43,898 nucleotides of DNA from a virus (lineage: Duplodnaviria > Caudoviricetes), in the IMG/VR virus record IMGVR_UViG_3300037350_000014, positions 1 through 43,898 of that record; one strand, 5' to 3'. The first letter of the stretch is position 1. The number at the start of each line of letters is the position of its first letter. This document shows, piece after piece, positions 13,053-21,971 of this stretch. A program made the translations under genes and the position numbers. The notes beneath the pieces were generated by a model, which worked only from the letters and a program-made list of their open reading frames with translations, was not told the DNA's origin and did not search any database.

Positions 13053-14609
13053 ATGGCGAGAACCCGCCTCACGAATAGCGAACCAATCGTCAATCTTCGG
13101 CACAATCCCTTCCAGATTGCGTTTCTCGAAGCGCGACGACTCCGCGCGTGCCCCGGCTCGTGCGTCGATGAAACCGGCAAGCGCCTCACGTGGTCTATGG
13201 TCGTCACGCCAGATTGTCCGAAGTGTCACCGCCGCGGACGACGCCCATACCGTAGGCTGTTCATTCGCGCTGGGCGCCGTGGAGGGAAGACTCGCATCGG
13301 CGCGTTGTCGGCGATCGAGGAAATGACGGTCCCGAACTCGATCGGATGGGCGTGTGCGCCGTCGTACCCCGAGTTGCAGGACTACGTGATGCCTGCGTTC
13401 TTCTCGCAACTGCCGAGCGCGTGGTTCGAGCACGAGTTGACGGAGTGGAGCGAGGATCAACTGACGCTCCGGCTCCCGAATCGCGCGACGGTGCAGTTCC
13501 GTTCACTCGAAGACCCGAACCGCGGCGCCGGTCCCGGTTTGGATTGGGCGTGGATCGACGAAGGCCGCAAGATCAAGCGGCTCGCGTGGCAACTGCTCTC
13601 GCCGTCGCTCACCGAGCGCCGTGGCGTGTGCTGGGTCACGTCAACGCCTGACTGGGGCGAGGATTGGGTCCATCAGGACTTCTGGGTTCCCGCTGAGCGC
13701 GGCGATCCCGGTTTCTGGGCGGTGCAGTACCGCACCGTGGACAATCCGATCATCGATCCCGAGGAAGTCGAGAACGCTCGGCGCACGATGCCGCCAGAGT
13801 TGTTCCGACGCGAGTACGAAGCGTCGATCGAGTTCCCGACTGGCACGATCTACGGTGAACTGATCGGCATGTGCGAAGCGGACGACGATCGCGTGCGGAA
13901 GTGGATTCCCGAGTGGCCGATGATCGATCCGTCGCGGCCCTCGATCTGCGGTTTGGACCCAGGCACGGACCATCCGTTCGCGGCCTCGTTCATCGTCGCG
14001 ACTCCGCGTGGACTCGTCGTCTGCGGCGAGCATCTGGCGCGCGAGAAGTTGTTCGCGGTCCACGCGGCGAATATCAAGAACATGGTCGGGCTGTCCACGC
14101 CTCGCTACGGCATCGACCCATCGCAGGCCCAGGCCGCGATCGAACTCTCTCAGCACGGCATCTACGCGCAAAACGCGCCGAACGCGGTCGAGATGGGCAT
14201 TCAGCGGTTGTACGCGTGGATGTCGTCGGGCCAGATGTTGATCTCGCGGTCGAAGTGCCCACTCACGCTGAAGTATCTGCGCGGATACCGATGGGCTGAG
14301 GTGCAGGAAACTCGGCGCGGACTCACGGCCGGCGCGCAGCCCTACAAAATCGACGATGACCTTCCCGATGCGTTGCGCTATGCTGTCGCCCTCTGGCCAG
14401 AGTTGCCGGTGCCCGGCGCGATCGACGGCGTGCCGAGCGGACAGCGCAACCTCTCGCTCGTGAGCGATCAGGCGCGGCAGGAGTTGGAGCGCAACAAGGT
14501 CAAGGACGAAGCGAACGAGGAAGGTTTGGTTCGCGTGACGGATGAGTTCGATCAGGATTTCGACGACCGTCGCCCGGAGATCATGAACGCGGGCGACTTT
14601 TTCAGGTAG
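13053..14609 (+). CDS. terL: Terminase large subunit
   Basis: Walker A AGRRGGKT, Walker B WAWIDE, motif III TSTP, nuclease ICGLDPG and DDLPDALRY. Confidence 0.95.
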   Translation: MARTRLTNSEPIVNLRHNPFQIAFLEARRLRACPGSCVDETGKRLTWSMVVTPDCPKCHRRGRRPYRRLFIRAGRRGGKTRIGALSAIEEMTVPNSIGWACAPSYPELQDYVMPAFFSQLPSAWFEHELTEWSEDQLTLRLPNRATVQFRSLEDPNRGAGPGLDWAWIDEGRKIKRLAWQLLSPSLTERRGVCWVTSTPDWGEDWVHQDFWVPAERGDPGFWAVQYRTVDNPIIDPEEVENARRTMPPELFRREYEASIEFPTGTIYGELIGMCEADDDRVRKWIPEWPMIDPSRPSICGLDPGTDHPFAASFIVATPRGLVVCGEHLAREKLFAVHAANIKNMVGLSTPRYGIDPSQAQAAIELSQHGIYAQNAPNAVEMGIQRLYAWMSSGQMLISRSKCPLTLKYLRGYRWAEVQETRRGLTAGAQPYKIDDDLPDALRYAVALWPELPVPGAIDGVPSGQRNLSLVSDQARQELERNKVKDEANEEGLVRVTDEFDQDFDDRRPEIMNAGDFFR

Positions 14610-14619
14610 GGAGTCTCGC

Positions 14620-14829
14620 ATGGCGAAGGGTTCGATCACGCGGATCGTGGCAGACAAGGCGTTCGGGTTCATTCGGGACGATGCGGGCGGCGCGGAGTAC
14701 TTCTTCCACCGTTCGGCGGTCGAGGACGGTCGGTTTGCCGCGCTGTCAGTCGGCGATCGAGTCACATTCGAGCCGGGCAATGGTCCGAAAGGGCCGCGCG
14801 CCGAAGACGTCGCCTTGACGGACGATTAG
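14620..14829 (+). CDS. Cold-shock domain protein (CspA family)
   Basis: RNP1 KAFGFI, RNP2 YFFH, GPKGPRAEDV; GGGAG SD. Confidence 0.95.
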   Translation: MAKGSITRIVADKAFGFIRDDAGGAEYFFHRSAVEDGRFAALSVGDRVTFEPGNGPKGPRAEDVALTDD

Positions 14830-14856
14830 GAAGCGCCTACTCTCTGTCGGACGCCC

Positions 14857-15300
14857 ATGTTTGGCTACCGCCTCATCCGTGATGCCGATTTTCTGGACCT
14901 CCGCACGACCACGGCGGCGGATCGCCAAGCGTCCCAGACCAAGATCGACGCGCAAACCGAGAAAATCGAAGCCCTCCTCAGAGAAAACGGCACGCTCAAG
15001 GCGCAAGCGGCCTCTCGTGCCGCGATGTACGACCTGATTGTCACGCGCGTCAACCTCCTCGAACACGACAACGCCACTTTGCGGAACAAAGTGACGGGCC
15101 TGCCGACGCTCGTGCCATCGATCGGGAAAGGTTCCCCGATTGACAGTGCGAGTCTCGGCGCGGGCGTCGATCTGTTCGCCGATGTGGGCGATGACGAGGC
15201 GATGCGGCTCCGTCACGAGGGCATCCTGCACGACGAAGGCGTTCAACTGCCGCCCGCGCCGAGCGCGGCTGACCTCGCGCCAGGAGGCGATCCCTCATGA
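14857..15300 (+). CDS. Coiled-coil hypothetical protein
   Basis: ATGA-coupled to portal; heptad pattern. Confidence 0.65.
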   Translation: MFGYRLIRDADFLDLRTTTAADRQASQTKIDAQTEKIEALLRENGTLKAQAASRAAMYDLIVTRVNLLEHDNATLRNKVTGLPTLVPSIGKGSPIDSASLGAGVDLFADVGDDEAMRLRHEGILHDEGVQLPPAPSAADLAPGGDPS

Positions 15301-17915
15301 GCGAAGAAATGGGCGGCATTGGCGGTGGCGGATCAGCCGTAGACGTCAAGAACTCGATGGCGAGGCCGGTGCCGGGCGTAGACGAGATGCCTGCCGCCGA
15401 GCTGTACCAAGGACTCGAAGCAGGCGACCCGAAAGCCGACGCCGAAGTTCGCAAAATCTACCAGTCGGTCAGGCAAGCCTCGCTCGAAGGCCGCGAACTG
15501 CTCGAACGAGGCTGGTGGCAGAAGCTCCTGTACTGCTACGGGCGCCAGTGGATTTACTACTCGCCACGCGGCGGCTGGCAGGACAAGCGCCTTGCGAAGT
15601 GGATTCCGCGCCCGGTCACGAACATGGTGTTCGACACGGTGAGCACGATCCGCTCGATGCTATCGGACATCGAACCCGGCGTCCGCGTGCGTCCGAACGG
15701 GTCCACGCCGGCCAACGTCCTCACCGCGCAGATCGCCGACGACCTCGAACCAGTCATCTACGAAGAACACGACATGCAGCAGGCGTTCTTCGAGGCCGAC
15801 TTCTGGGCTCCGGCGCTCGGAACCGTCTTCTTGCACCCGTACTGGAATCGCGACGACCCGCGCAACCGCGTGTTCGTCCAGGCGCTCGCATGCCCAGTCT
15901 GCCAGTTCATGTGTCACCCGCTCGACGTGCGCGATGGCACCGTGACGGCGTGCCCGCAGGACGGCACGAGCGCCGAAGCCTTCGTGCCAGCGCAGTATCA
16001 GACGGGCCAGCCGATCGGCGAGATGCAGAACGTCGGAGCGGGCTGCACGGACGTCGTATCGCCGCTGGAGATTCTGTTCCCGTCGTACTGCCAGCGGTGG
16101 TGCGACGTGGACCGCCTGATTCGCCTCCGATGGCGTCCGAAGTCGTACTACGAGGGCCGTCCTTACGAGAAGAACATCCGGTACTCGTCCACGACGGCGG
16201 AAAAGTCGCTCCAGATGTTCCGGTCGCTCTCGCTGATGACCGACATGACGACCGCGCCGTTCCAATGGGGCGGCTCGACGCCGACGCGCGTCGAAGGCGC
16301 GATCGAAGCCGAACTCTGGATCAAGCCGTGCTCCGAATACCCCGAAGGGCTGTGGTGCAGGGCCGTGGGCGGCTTGAACGGCGAGACGTACCTGATTCGC
16401 GATGATGACCGAGGCATCCGACCTGGACCGCTCCCGTACGAAGCTCCGCGGCAGGACAACGAAGCGCACGGGCGCAAGCTATGGCCGTGGATTTACTACC
16501 CGTACGAGATCGTCGGTGGTCGAATCTGGGGCAAGTCGTCGCTCGATCCGATCATCACGAAGCAGGACGCGCTCAACCGAAACGATTCGATGGTCGAGTT
16601 GATCATGGCGCGCATGGCGAACCCGATCTGGCTCGAACCGAAGGGGTCCGAGGTCCAGCGGTTCACTGGGGAACCCGGCTTGATCGTGCGGTATCAGGTC
16701 ATCGCAGGCACGCAGGCCGAACCCAAGCGGATCGATGGCGTACAACCGACGCAGGCCCACTTCGCGCTCCGCACGCAGTACCTCGACGACATCGAAAAGC
16801 TCGGTAAGACCCGCGACGTGCTGAAAGGCTCGCATCCGGCCGGCGTCGAAGCGTTCTCGGCCCTAAACCTGCTCGTCGAACAGTCGCAGTCCGGGTTCAA
16901 GGCGCTGTTCAAGCAGCGTGGCCGCGCGTACCGAGACTGGTTTGAAGTTGCGCTGGACCTGGAGCGGTCGTACGGGCCGGATCAGCGCACGCGCACGGTA
17001 ATGGGCCAGCAGGGGAAGTGGAACTACGACACGTTCCTTCGCGCCGACATGCAGGGCGCGATCACGGTCATCGTCGAGGACGGTTCCCAGACGCCGAAGA
17101 CGTCGCTTGGGCGCCGCGCCGCGGCGCAGCAGGCGCAGCAGATGGGCGCGCTCGACATGAACGATCCGGCGACGAAAGTGCGCGTGAACGATTTGCTCGG
17201 CGTACATGACCTCGCGCCGGGACTCGACGCGCACACGAAAGCCGCGGCGACCGAGCACGAACAGTACGAGCAGTGGGTCGCGAACGGACGACTCGACCCA
17301 GCCACAGGTCAACCAGCCGTCACACCGCAAGCTCCCGTGAATCCGCAGACAGGTCAACCGATGGGACCACCGCCGCCGACGCCGGGCAACCCGCTCCGTG
17401 TCGAAGCATGGCAGAACCACGCGATCCACATCGAACAGTTGGACATCTGGGCGAACGCGGATCGCATCCGCGCGCTCACGCTCAACGATCCTCTGGCGAA
17501 GTCGGAGATCACGTATCACCGGACGCAGCACGTCATCGCGCAGACGAACCAGTTCGCACTTCCGATCCCGGCTCCGCTGCCTCAGCCGCCGCCTGACAAG
17601 CCGAAGATCGCTATTTCGATGCCGCTCACCGTGATGGACCTTGAAAATCCACGCGTACAGCAGTTGTTCAAGGACGCCAACGTGACGCTCGATCCTTCGG
17701 TTGGACTTCCGAACGGTCCGGGCTCTTCCGCTCCTCAGTCTATGCCTCTGCGTCACGCGCCACTTCCCGAACCGCACGCGATTCCCACGAACGGCAAGCC
17801 GCACGTACCGCAAGGGGCCGCGCTCGCGATGACGAACTCAAATCGTGAGTCAGGCGCGGTGGACACGCTGCCCGGACACGCGCCTGGCGGTGGAAACATG
17901 AGCCAGCCGTTGTAA
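15297..17915 (+). CDS. Portal (head-tail connector) protein, podovirus type
   Basis: 872 aa after TerL; YGRQW, VTN, WGKS.LDP..KQDALNR motifs; Pro-rich C-terminus; AGGAGG SD. Confidence 0.85.
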   Translation: MSEEMGGIGGGGSAVDVKNSMARPVPGVDEMPAAELYQGLEAGDPKADAEVRKIYQSVRQASLEGRELLERGWWQKLLYCYGRQWIYYSPRGGWQDKRLAKWIPRPVTNMVFDTVSTIRSMLSDIEPGVRVRPNGSTPANVLTAQIADDLEPVIYEEHDMQQAFFEADFWAPALGTVFLHPYWNRDDPRNRVFVQALACPVCQFMCHPLDVRDGTVTACPQDGTSAEAFVPAQYQTGQPIGEMQNVGAGCTDVVSPLEILFPSYCQRWCDVDRLIRLRWRPKSYYEGRPYEKNIRYSSTTAEKSLQMFRSLSLMTDMTTAPFQWGGSTPTRVEGAIEAELWIKPCSEYPEGLWCRAVGGLNGETYLIRDDDRGIRPGPLPYEAPRQDNEAHGRKLWPWIYYPYEIVGGRIWGKSSLDPIITKQDALNRNDSMVELIMARMANPIWLEPKGSEVQRFTGEPGLIVRYQVIAGTQAEPKRIDGVQPTQAHFALRTQYLDDIEKLGKTRDVLKGSHPAGVEAFSALNLLVEQSQSGFKALFKQRGRAYRDWFEVALDLERSYGPDQRTRTVMGQQGKWNYDTFLRADMQGAITVIVEDGSQTPKTSLGRRAAAQQAQQMGALDMNDPATKVRVNDLLGVHDLAPGLDAHTKAAATEHEQYEQWVANGRLDPATGQPAVTPQAPVNPQTGQPMGPPPPTPGNPLRVEAWQNHAIHIEQLDIWANADRIRALTLNDPLAKSEITYHRTQHVIAQTNQFALPIPAPLPQPPPDKPKIAISMPLTVMDLENPRVQQLFKDANVTLDPSVGLPNGPGSSAPQSMPLRHAPLPEPHAIPTNGKPHVPQGAALAMTNSNRESGAVDTLPGHAPGGGNMSQPL

Positions 17916-17942
17916 CTTTCCAACGCAAAGTTCTCTATAAAG

Positions 17943-17972
17943 TTGACAACTCGCCAGTAGAAAGCGCATCCT
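17943..17972 (+). promoter_or_regulatory. Possible promoter for scaffold and capsid
   Basis: TTGACA-18 nt-CATCCT with an AT-rich upstream tract. Confidence 0.4.
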
Positions 17973-18020
17973 ACCGCCCAGACCTCGCGGGACCAACCGC
18001 GCACCAAGGGTAGGTACACA

Positions 18021-18959
18021 ATGCGACTACCGAGCTTTTCCCTCCTTCACGACATCGCCGATGGCGGTGCTGGTTCAGGCGCTCCCCCACAAGGTTCACC
18101 TTCTCCCTCCGGCCCGGCGAGCGGTGGTGCTCAGCCCGGTTCTGGCGGAGCGGGAACTGGCGGCGGTGCTCCGGCCGGAGGAGCCAAGCAATACACGTAC
18201 ACCGAGGACCGATCGAACTGGGTTCCCGAGTACCGTGTGCAGCAGATGTCCCAGAAGATACGCGAGATGGAACAGCGCATCGGCGAGACGGAACGGCAGT
18301 ACCAAGGCCGCGTTCGTGCGCTCATGGGCATCGACCAACCGGAAGACCCTCGACACGGCGAGATTCGGCAGGCACTCGCGCAGGTCGTGCCCGGACTCGG
18401 GCCGCTCCTCGAAAACCCGAACCTGCTGAAAGTCTTCGCACGCCTCAAGCCCGAACAACTCGACAACTTCGTCAAGCAAATCGAGTCGGGCACCCTGCAA
18501 GACGTGCAGGGCACCAGCACCGCGTACTGGAACCGTCACGCCAACGACATGACGTCGCAGGCGCTCGACGAGTACGCGAAGCAGTTTGGCGTGGACCGTG
18601 CCAGCATGAACCCGCGCGCTTCGCAGCGGTTCGCCGCGCAGTTGCGCGACTTCATCGCCGAGGATCAGTCTGGTCAGCGGTTGCGCCGGTACGAACACGC
18701 CGATCGCACCCTCATTTCCGAGTTTGTGGCAGACCTGAAGGGGACGTGGGGCGCCCCGGCCGCACAGCGGCGTGAAGTGACCAATGCGGCGGCTCAGGTC
18801 GAGTCGCGGCGACGGTTGCCTCAATCGGGACCGCGCGGTGTGCCCACCGCGACTGCCGCAGGCGGCGAACAGAAGCCCGTCAATTCGCAGTCCAAGGAAG
18901 GCAAGAAAGCCATCTTCGGCGCGATGCGAACGGCTCTGCTCAACGCTGCATCCAGTTAA
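18021..18959 (+). CDS. Putative scaffolding protein
   Basis: Between portal and capsid; Gly/Pro-rich N-terminus, WVPEYR, helical body. Confidence 0.7.
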   Translation: MRLPSFSLLHDIADGGAGSGAPPQGSPSPSGPASGGAQPGSGGAGTGGGAPAGGAKQYTYTEDRSNWVPEYRVQQMSQKIREMEQRIGETERQYQGRVRALMGIDQPEDPRHGEIRQALAQVVPGLGPLLENPNLLKVFARLKPEQLDNFVKQIESGTLQDVQGTSTAYWNRHANDMTSQALDEYAKQFGVDRASMNPRASQRFAAQLRDFIAEDQSGQRLRRYEHADRTLISEFVADLKGTWGAPAAQRREVTNAAAQVESRRRLPQSGPRGVPTATAAGGEQKPVNSQSKEGKKAIFGAMRTALLNAASS

Positions 18960-19001
18960 CACCCCGTCGCGCGGCCAACCCGCGCAGGAGTGACCGAGAT
19001 C

Positions 19002-20321
19002 ATGATTGCTTCAACAGCTACCATCGACGGCCTGCTCAAAGACTTCATCGAAGACTACGTGCAGGAAGGCGTCAACCAGAAGAACCCGTTCCGCGACATC
19101 ATCGAAGACAAGATGATGGACAAGGCGTACGGCGGGCGTCGGTTCATGTACGACGCGCACGTCGAACGCAACGTCTCGCCGATGTTCACCGCGGAGTACG
19201 GCCTGTTCGCCGAAGCCGGAATCCAGGGCCACGTCCAGGTCTACGGTGACGTCCGCAAGTTGATGGGCCGCGTGTTCCTCACGCCGGAAGCGATGGCCGA
19301 TTCGGCGCGCTCCGAGATGGCATGGGAAGACGCCCGCACGAATGAGTTCGACAACCTCATCAAAGACCTCGCGCGCCGCGACGAAATCGCGACGATCTAC
19401 GACGGCCGCGGCGTGCTCGCCCGCATCAACGGCGATCCGGGCACCGGCACGACGCTCACGCTCGACTCGCCCGGTGGCGTCTCCGGCGCGACGTTCGGCA
19501 ACCGCTTCTTCCAGAAGAACATCTACATCGGCGCGATCAACCCGGCGACCGGCGCGTTGCGTTCGGGCATCTCGAAGGTGGCCGCGCTCTCGACGGACGG
19601 CACGACCGCGACAACCGCGGCGGCGATCGACACGTCGTGGGCCGACAACGACTACATCGTCAAGGCCGCGAACTCGTCCGTCACCGACCCGCTCGACACC
19701 GAGTACGAGAACGCCTTCTGGGGCATGCTCGCACTGGTGGACGACGGCACCTACCGTGCCGACTACTTCGGCATCGACCGGACGGTCTACGACTACGCGA
19801 ACGCGTACGTCAACGCCTCGACCGGCGCTATGTCGATCGACCTGTTCCAGATGCTCGCCGACGTCACCGACCAGCGCATGAACGGCGTCACCGACCTGAT
19901 GGTCATGCACCACTCGATGCGCCGGGTGTACCTGAAGCTCACCCAGGCGGATCGCCGCTACACGGGCGAAGACCTCCAGACGCCCGATGGTGGCACCGCG
20001 GCGTTCGCGGCTCCGTCGAAGGGCGACATCACGCTCGGCGAAGTGCCGATCCGAGTCATCCGCGACTTCCCGTACGGCATGATCATGGGCCTCGACACCG
20101 AACAGATGGGCCTGTGCTCGTACGTCAGCGAGAAGGGCAAGTGGGTCGATGAGGACGGGCGCATTCTCGTCCGCGCGGGCACGGGCGCGTCGGCGCGCGA
20201 TGCCTTCGAGGCGTGGTACCGCATTCGGAAGCAAAATCATGCCAAGTTGCCCTCGGTGTGTTGGAGAGCAGATGGGGTCACAGGGGCGACGGTCGTGGTC
20301 GTGAGACCCATCGGGGGATAG
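19002..20321 (+). CDS. Major capsid protein
   Basis: 439 aa after scaffold; strongly biased codon usage; AGGAG SD; YFGIDR motif; followed by a terminator-like hairpin. Confidence 0.85.
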   Translation: MIASTATIDGLLKDFIEDYVQEGVNQKNPFRDIIEDKMMDKAYGGRRFMYDAHVERNVSPMFTAEYGLFAEAGIQGHVQVYGDVRKLMGRVFLTPEAMADSARSEMAWEDARTNEFDNLIKDLARRDEIATIYDGRGVLARINGDPGTGTTLTLDSPGGVSGATFGNRFFQKNIYIGAINPATGALRSGISKVAALSTDGTTATTAAAIDTSWADNDYIVKAANSSVTDPLDTEYENAFWGMLALVDDGTYRADYFGIDRTVYDYANAYVNASTGAMSIDLFQMLADVTDQRMNGVTDLMVMHHSMRRVYLKLTQADRRYTGEDLQTPDGGTAAFAAPSKGDITLGEVPIRVIRDFPYGMIMGLDTEQMGLCSYVSEKGKWVDEDGRILVRAGTGASARDAFEAWYRIRKQNHAKLPSVCWRADGVTGATVVVVRPIGG

Positions 20322-20352
20322 CGCCACGCTCGCAACGCTTGAGTAGTTCGGC

Positions 20353-20394
20353 GGCGGGCGGCATGGGACTCTCCTGTGCCGCCCGTTCGTCTTT
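20353..20394 (+). terminator. Intrinsic terminator-like or stabilising hairpin after the capsid gene
   Basis: GGCGGGCGGCATGGGA-CTC-TCCTGTGCCGCCCGTT followed by CGTCTTT. Confidence 0.6.
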
Positions 20395-20406
20395 CGGAGG
20401 GGAAAC

Positions 20407-20808
20407 ATGACCGGCGAACCGAAGGTGCTCGTGAATCGAACGTCGAAGCCGCTGACGATCCAGAAGTCCGGCGTGCAGATCATCCTGAAGCCGGGGCCGA
20501 ACCACGTCACGGCTGACTGGATTCGGTTTGCGAAGCAGCAGCACCCGCGCATGGGCTCGTTCGATGCTAGCGGGATGGAAGGTGACTACCTCGTGGGCGT
20601 CGAGGGCACAACCGATGACTGCTCGCCGATTCCCGAGGGCGAGGAGCACACGGCGATCGAGCGATTCGATCGTGCGAAGATGGATGGCGATGCGTCAGAG
20701 GCAGTCGGGATCGAGACGGGCGTGCGGCCTCCGGTGCGCCGCGTGCCGTCCGATGCTATGGGCGTCGGGCCTGACGCGCTGTTCACGGCTGACACGGCGC
20801 GCGGGTAG
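20407..20808 (+). CDS. Hypothetical (virion-associated) protein
   Basis: GGAGG SD; within the structural operon. Confidence 0.65.
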   Translation: MTGEPKVLVNRTSKPLTIQKSGVQIILKPGPNHVTADWIRFAKQQHPRMGSFDASGMEGDYLVGVEGTTDDCSPIPEGEEHTAIERFDRAKMDGDASEAVGIETGVRPPVRRVPSDAMGVGPDALFTADTARG

Positions 20809-20813
20809 TCCTG

Positions 20814-21362
20814 ATGTCGATCTGGATCGAGGGACTGCCGAATCCGTTCGCGCTGCGTGAACCGAGCGCCGCGTGGTTGTCGGCGCTGGAACGCTACGAC
20901 GCCGATCTGCGCGTCTACGTCTCGCAGAAGCACCGCACGTACCGCCTCGCGCGCCTCGCGCGACACTCCGGCCCCATGAACGGGAAACTGTTCGGCGCGA
21001 TTCCCGGTCTGCACCCAGACACGCGCGTTTGCCTGCAACGCGGCCTCGTGCCGGTGACGACGATTCCACCGCCCGCGATCGATGCGCCGGCCGAGCTCGT
21101 CGTCGCGCAGTTACGGCGCCGGGATACCTGGCACGTCCACGGCGGCGACATCGAGAAGATCGCGGACTCGCTCGAACATCGAGACACGCTGCGGGAAGCC
21201 GCGGTGGATGCCGGGATTCGCGAGGAGCTTCGATCGCGTGCGCGAGCGATGCGAACTGGATATTTGTACCGGACAGGTGCTAGAGTGGCGCTGTCGAAAC
21301 GTCCTGAAGGTGATGTTACCAACGGGACCGAACACCCGGCGACTCCGGGGACGCCCGAATAG
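20814..21362 (+). CDS. Hypothetical protein
   Basis: 182-aa ORF in the structural operon. Confidence 0.65.
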   Translation: MSIWIEGLPNPFALREPSAAWLSALERYDADLRVYVSQKHRTYRLARLARHSGPMNGKLFGAIPGLHPDTRVCLQRGLVPVTTIPPPAIDAPAELVVAQLRRRDTWHVHGGDIEKIADSLEHRDTLREAAVDAGIREELRSRARAMRTGYLYRTGARVALSKRPEGDVTNGTEHPATPGTPE

Positions 21363-21395
21363 GCGTCTGACTGTCTCACTGAGGAGGTTTGTCCC

Positions 21396-21845
21396 ATGGC
21401 TCTTTCCCTGCAAGATCCCGTTCTCGCGAAACGTCGCTTCTTCCACGCTGCCGCGATCGATGCCGCCGCGAACGGCATGGCGATCGAGTTCTGGCGCTGG
21501 CTCATGACGCAGGGCGGCAAGCCGCAGTTGCAGGTCGTCGAGTTCGCCTCGCCAACCGCCGACGTGGTGATCGCCGACGCACCCTGCACGGTGTACGCCG
21601 TGCTGGCCTCGAAGCCGACGACGACTGCGGCCACGCTCAAGGCATCGAACCACGCCTCGACGCAGGCCGCGTCCACGCAGTTCCTCGCGCTGTCGCAGTC
21701 GGCCGTACTGGTGGACGAGGTGTTCTACCCGAAGGGCCACATCTGCTCGGCCGGCGTGACGATCAGTTCCGACACGACCCCGGATGGCACGACCGACTCT
21801 GCGGCCGGTGACGGAGCGAACGGCGTGTTCCTGATCGGGCAGTAA
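21396..21845 (+). CDS. Putative capsid decoration / structural protein
   Basis: GAGGAGG SD; Ala/Thr/Ser-rich beta-type sequence; codon bias like the capsid gene. Confidence 0.6.
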   Translation: MALSLQDPVLAKRRFFHAAAIDAAANGMAIEFWRWLMTQGGKPQLQVVEFASPTADVVIADAPCTVYAVLASKPTTTAATLKASNHASTQAASTQFLALSQSAVLVDEVFYPKGHICSAGVTISSDTTPDGTTDSAAGDGANGVFLIGQ

Positions 21846-21888
21846 ATCTCTGGTACTGCTTGATCCCCACACGGGTCCAGCAGCGCAA

Positions 21889-21918
21889 GGCGGCGGTTCG
21901 GTGACACGAACCGCCGCC
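21889..21918 (+). terminator. Strong 12-bp hairpin (terminator or processing site)
   Basis: GGCGGCGGTTCG-GTGACA-CGAACCGCCGCC, no U tract. Confidence 0.45.
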
Positions 21919-21971
21919 CTAAACGACCCCGCCGCCCGTGCGTGAGTGGGGCTTCACAAGGAGCACGAGTC

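Noticed and set aside
19011-20552. Long antisense or alternate-frame ORFs (e.g. 19011..20552 -, 37209..38636 -, 13641..14780 -, 41236..42297 +)
   Set aside because: Shadow ORFs expected from high GC3 codon bias opposite clear genes; Arg/His-rich and motif-free
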